DNA of 64,000 nucleotides from positions 253,517 through 317,516 of the forward strand of contig CACOPA010000001.1 in NCBI GenBank assembly GCA_902628925.1, in the 5' to 3' direction. Shown here piece by piece: positions 62,121 to 64,000 of this stretch. This DNA is from an uncultured SAR86 cluster bacterium. Its GTDB lineage: Bacteria > Pseudomonadota > Gammaproteobacteria > Magnimaribacterales > D2472. The notes below the pieces were generated by a model. That model saw nothing but the letters and a program-made list of their open reading frames with translations, had not been told where the DNA came from and did no database searches. Position numbers and translations under genes: made by a program. The number at the start of each line of letters is the position of its first letter. Position 1 is the stretch's first letter.

Positions 62121-63056
62121 TTGGGTAATCAATCCAAGCCCTCAGCTATATTTCTACTTGGACCTACTGCGTCAGGCAAAACCAGATGGGCAATTGAAAT
62201 TATAGACAAATTTCCAAAAACGTTTGAATTAATATCTGTTGATTCAGTTCAAGTCTATAAGGGTTGTAATGTTGGATCTGGTAAACCTGACCAAGATACG
62301 CTGAAAAAGTATCCACATTATTTGATAGATCACTGTTCTGTAAGCGAAATCTATAATGTAGCTGAGTTCATCAATGATGCCTCAAATCTTGCAAAAAAAA
62401 TTGTTGATGATGGAAAAGTTCCATTATTTGTTGGGGGCACAATGATGTATTTCAAAAGTCTTTTTGAGGGCATTCACTCATTGCCTAATGCCGATTCCGC
62501 ATTGAGAAAAAAGTTAGATGCTGAACTGAAAGAAAATGGGCCAAACAAACTGTTTGATCAATTGATTAAATTAAATCCAACAAAAGCTAGAGAAATTTCA
62601 CCCAATGATAAGCAAAGACTAATTAGGGCAATAGAGATAGAGCTCAGCCAGGATAATCAAGATAAAGACTTAGCTAAATCAGGAATTAGAAATGAATTCA
62701 ATATTATTCAGATAGGAATATTTCCAAATCAAAGGGCTGAATTGCATGAAAGAATTGAAAAAAGGCAACCAAGTCTTGTAAATGACAAATTAATAAATGA
62801 ACTTGATGAATTGATTATGAATAATAATTTGGAAAAAAATCACCCTATATTGAAGGCAGTGAACTACAAGCAAGCGTTTATGGTATTAAATGGTTCGCTA
62901 AAAGAGTCGGAAATGTTAGAAAAATCAATTTTTGGAACACGACAATTAGCAAAAAGACAAATCACATGGATGAGAAGTTGGCAGGATTTAAGTTTTTTTG
63001 ATTTACATGAGCAAGACGCTGCAAGTGAATTCATTAAAAAGGGCTTAAAGTTATAA
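62121..63056 (+). CDS. miaA: tRNA dimethylallyltransferase
   Basis: 311 aa with a TTG start, P-loop GPTASGKT, DSVQVYKG and IDH motifs. Confidence 0.92.
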   Translation: MGNQSKPSAIFLLGPTASGKTRWAIEIIDKFPKTFELISVDSVQVYKGCNVGSGKPDQDTLKKYPHYLIDHCSVSEIYNVAEFINDASNLAKKIVDDGKVPLFVGGTMMYFKSLFEGIHSLPNADSALRKKLDAELKENGPNKLFDQLIKLNPTKAREISPNDKQRLIRAIEIELSQDNQDKDLAKSGIRNEFNIIQIGIFPNQRAELHERIEKRQPSLVNDKLINELDELIMNNNLEKNHPILKAVNYKQAFMVLNGSLKESEMLEKSIFGTRQLAKRQITWMRSWQDLSFFDLHEQDAASEFIKKGLKL

Positions 63057-63123
63057 GTAATTCTTTAATTATTAACTTTCGCCCTTAAATACTAGATATA
63101 ATCTTCATTTTAAAGGCATTAAT

Positions 63124-64000
63124 GTGAACTGGGATAACCAAAACAACCAAGACCCTTGGGGTCGAAACAACAACAATAATGATGGCCCTAATTTTGATGA
63201 TCTAATGAAACAATTTTCTCTACTTTTTGGGGGAAATAAAAATTCTACTAATGGATCAGGGGGTTCTGGCAATAATTTCTCTTTCAAAAGAATCTTTACA
63301 TATGGAATCTTCGGCCTCCTAATCATTTATGCATCAATGTGTGTTTATCAGCTTGAAGCGCCTGAGAGAGCCGTTGTACTAAGATTGGGAACATACTATC
63401 AAGAAACTGATGAGGGTTTGAATTTTATGATCGCTGGTATTGACGAGCGATTTGTTGAGAATGTTGCCCTTACTAGACGTTTTTCTCAAACTGCAAATAT
63501 GCTAACTCAAGACGAAAATTTAGTTGATGTTACGATTTCAATTCAATATCGAATAAAAAACCTTAAGGATTTTGTATTAAACGTTAACGACCCTGAAGCA
63601 AGTCTCCGCCAGGCCACAGAAAGTTCCTTACGTCATGTTGTTGGAGATAACTCACTTGAAGAAACGCTTACTACGGGTAGGCAAACCCTTGCACTGAATG
63701 TGCAGGATCGTCTTCAAAGTTATTTAGATCTTTATGCTACTGGTTTAATAGTTCAACAAGTAAACATAGAAAAGACAGACCCACCAACTGCTGTAAAAGA
63801 AGCCTTTGATGATGTTGTGGCTGCAAGAGAAGATAAGGTTAGACTTCAGAACGAGGCTGAAAGGTATGCTTTATCCATCGTTCCTGAGGCTCGCGGTCAA
63901 GGGGTCGCTAGAGTACAAGCTGCAGAGGCATATCGAGAAGAAGTAATCGCAAATGCAGAAGGTGAGGTTGTTAGATTTGAAAAGCTTCTAGCAGAGTATC
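63124..64000 (+). CDS. hflK: FtsH protease modulator HflK (5' part, runs off right edge)
   Basis: Not in the ORF track because it has no stop in the window. GTG at 63124 opens the frame VNWDNQNNQDPWGRNNN...GGSG..., followed by a TM helix and an SPFH domain (ERAVVLRLGTYYQ..., LRHVVGDNSLEE, DPPTAVKEAFDDV). Confidence 0.85.
   Translation, partial: MNWDNQNNQDPWGRNNNNNDGPNFDDLMKQFSLLFGGNKNSTNGSGGSGNNFSFKRIFTYGIFGLLIIYASMCVYQLEAPERAVVLRLGTYYQETDEGLNFMIAGIDERFVENVALTRRFSQTANMLTQDENLVDVTISIQYRIKNLKDFVLNVNDPEASLRQATESSLRHVVGDNSLEETLTTGRQTLALNVQDRLQSYLDLYATGLIVQQVNIEKTDPPTAVKEAFDDVVAAREDKVRLQNEAERYALSIVPEARGQGVARVQAAEAYREEVIANAEGEVVRFEKLLAEY

Noticed and set aside
63105-63326. 73-aa minus-strand ORF after miaA
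   Set aside because: It is antisense to the clearly recognisable HflK N-terminus, which starts with GTG at 63124 on the plus strand.

Overview
This is an AT-rich (by eye roughly one-third G+C), extremely gene-dense bacterial chromosome segment. It holds about 65 protein-coding genes and two stand-alone tRNAs. I see no rRNA, CRISPR array or intact mobile element. Most intergenic gaps are under 100 bp and many neighbours overlap by 1-27 nt, including convergent pairs that share their 3' ends.

Local synteny matches a Pseudomonas/Oceanospirillales-type gammaproteobacterial backbone: dksA-pcnB; thiE-hemL; erpA / anmK-M23 peptidase ... tyrS; mrcA | aroK-aroB-gltB-gltD-hemE; algC, ilvE, lpxL, waaA; miaA ... 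hflK. The low GC, the missing pilMNOPQ and the missing hfq-hflX suggest a streamlined marine planktonic gammaproteobacterium (SAR86-like or similar). That assignment is inference only.

Housekeeping backbone occupies about 1-19.7 kb and 38.5-64 kb. Between them (about 19.8-38.4 kb) lies an accessory-looking stretch punctuated by orphan tRNA-Ile(GAU) and tRNA-Ala(UGC) genes.

Most interesting observations:
1. A tightly packed five-gene minus-strand cluster: CobS-like AAA+ ATPase, CobT-like VWA protein, ferritin-like di-iron protein, secreted parallel beta-helix protein and secreted di-haem cytochrome c. No cobN or corrin genes are in view.
2. A DksA with a roughly 70-residue histone-H1-like lysine-rich N-terminal tail.
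3. gltB inverted in place relative to the otherwise conserved aroK-aroB-gltB-gltD-hemE block. At one junction, an integrase-arm-domain-like leader is fused in frame to gltD.
4. tRNA-Ile(GAU) and tRNA-Ala(UGC), normally adjacent in rRNA spacers, separated by an 8-kb gene cargo.
5. A translationally coupled APS-kinase-like / NMN-adenylyltransferase-like pair.
6. A type II (staphylococcal/eukaryotic type) pantothenate kinase homologue.
7. A UbiK-like mini-ORF interrupted by one in-frame TGA.

All functional calls come from motif and similarity recognition by eye on the supplied translations. No database search was run.
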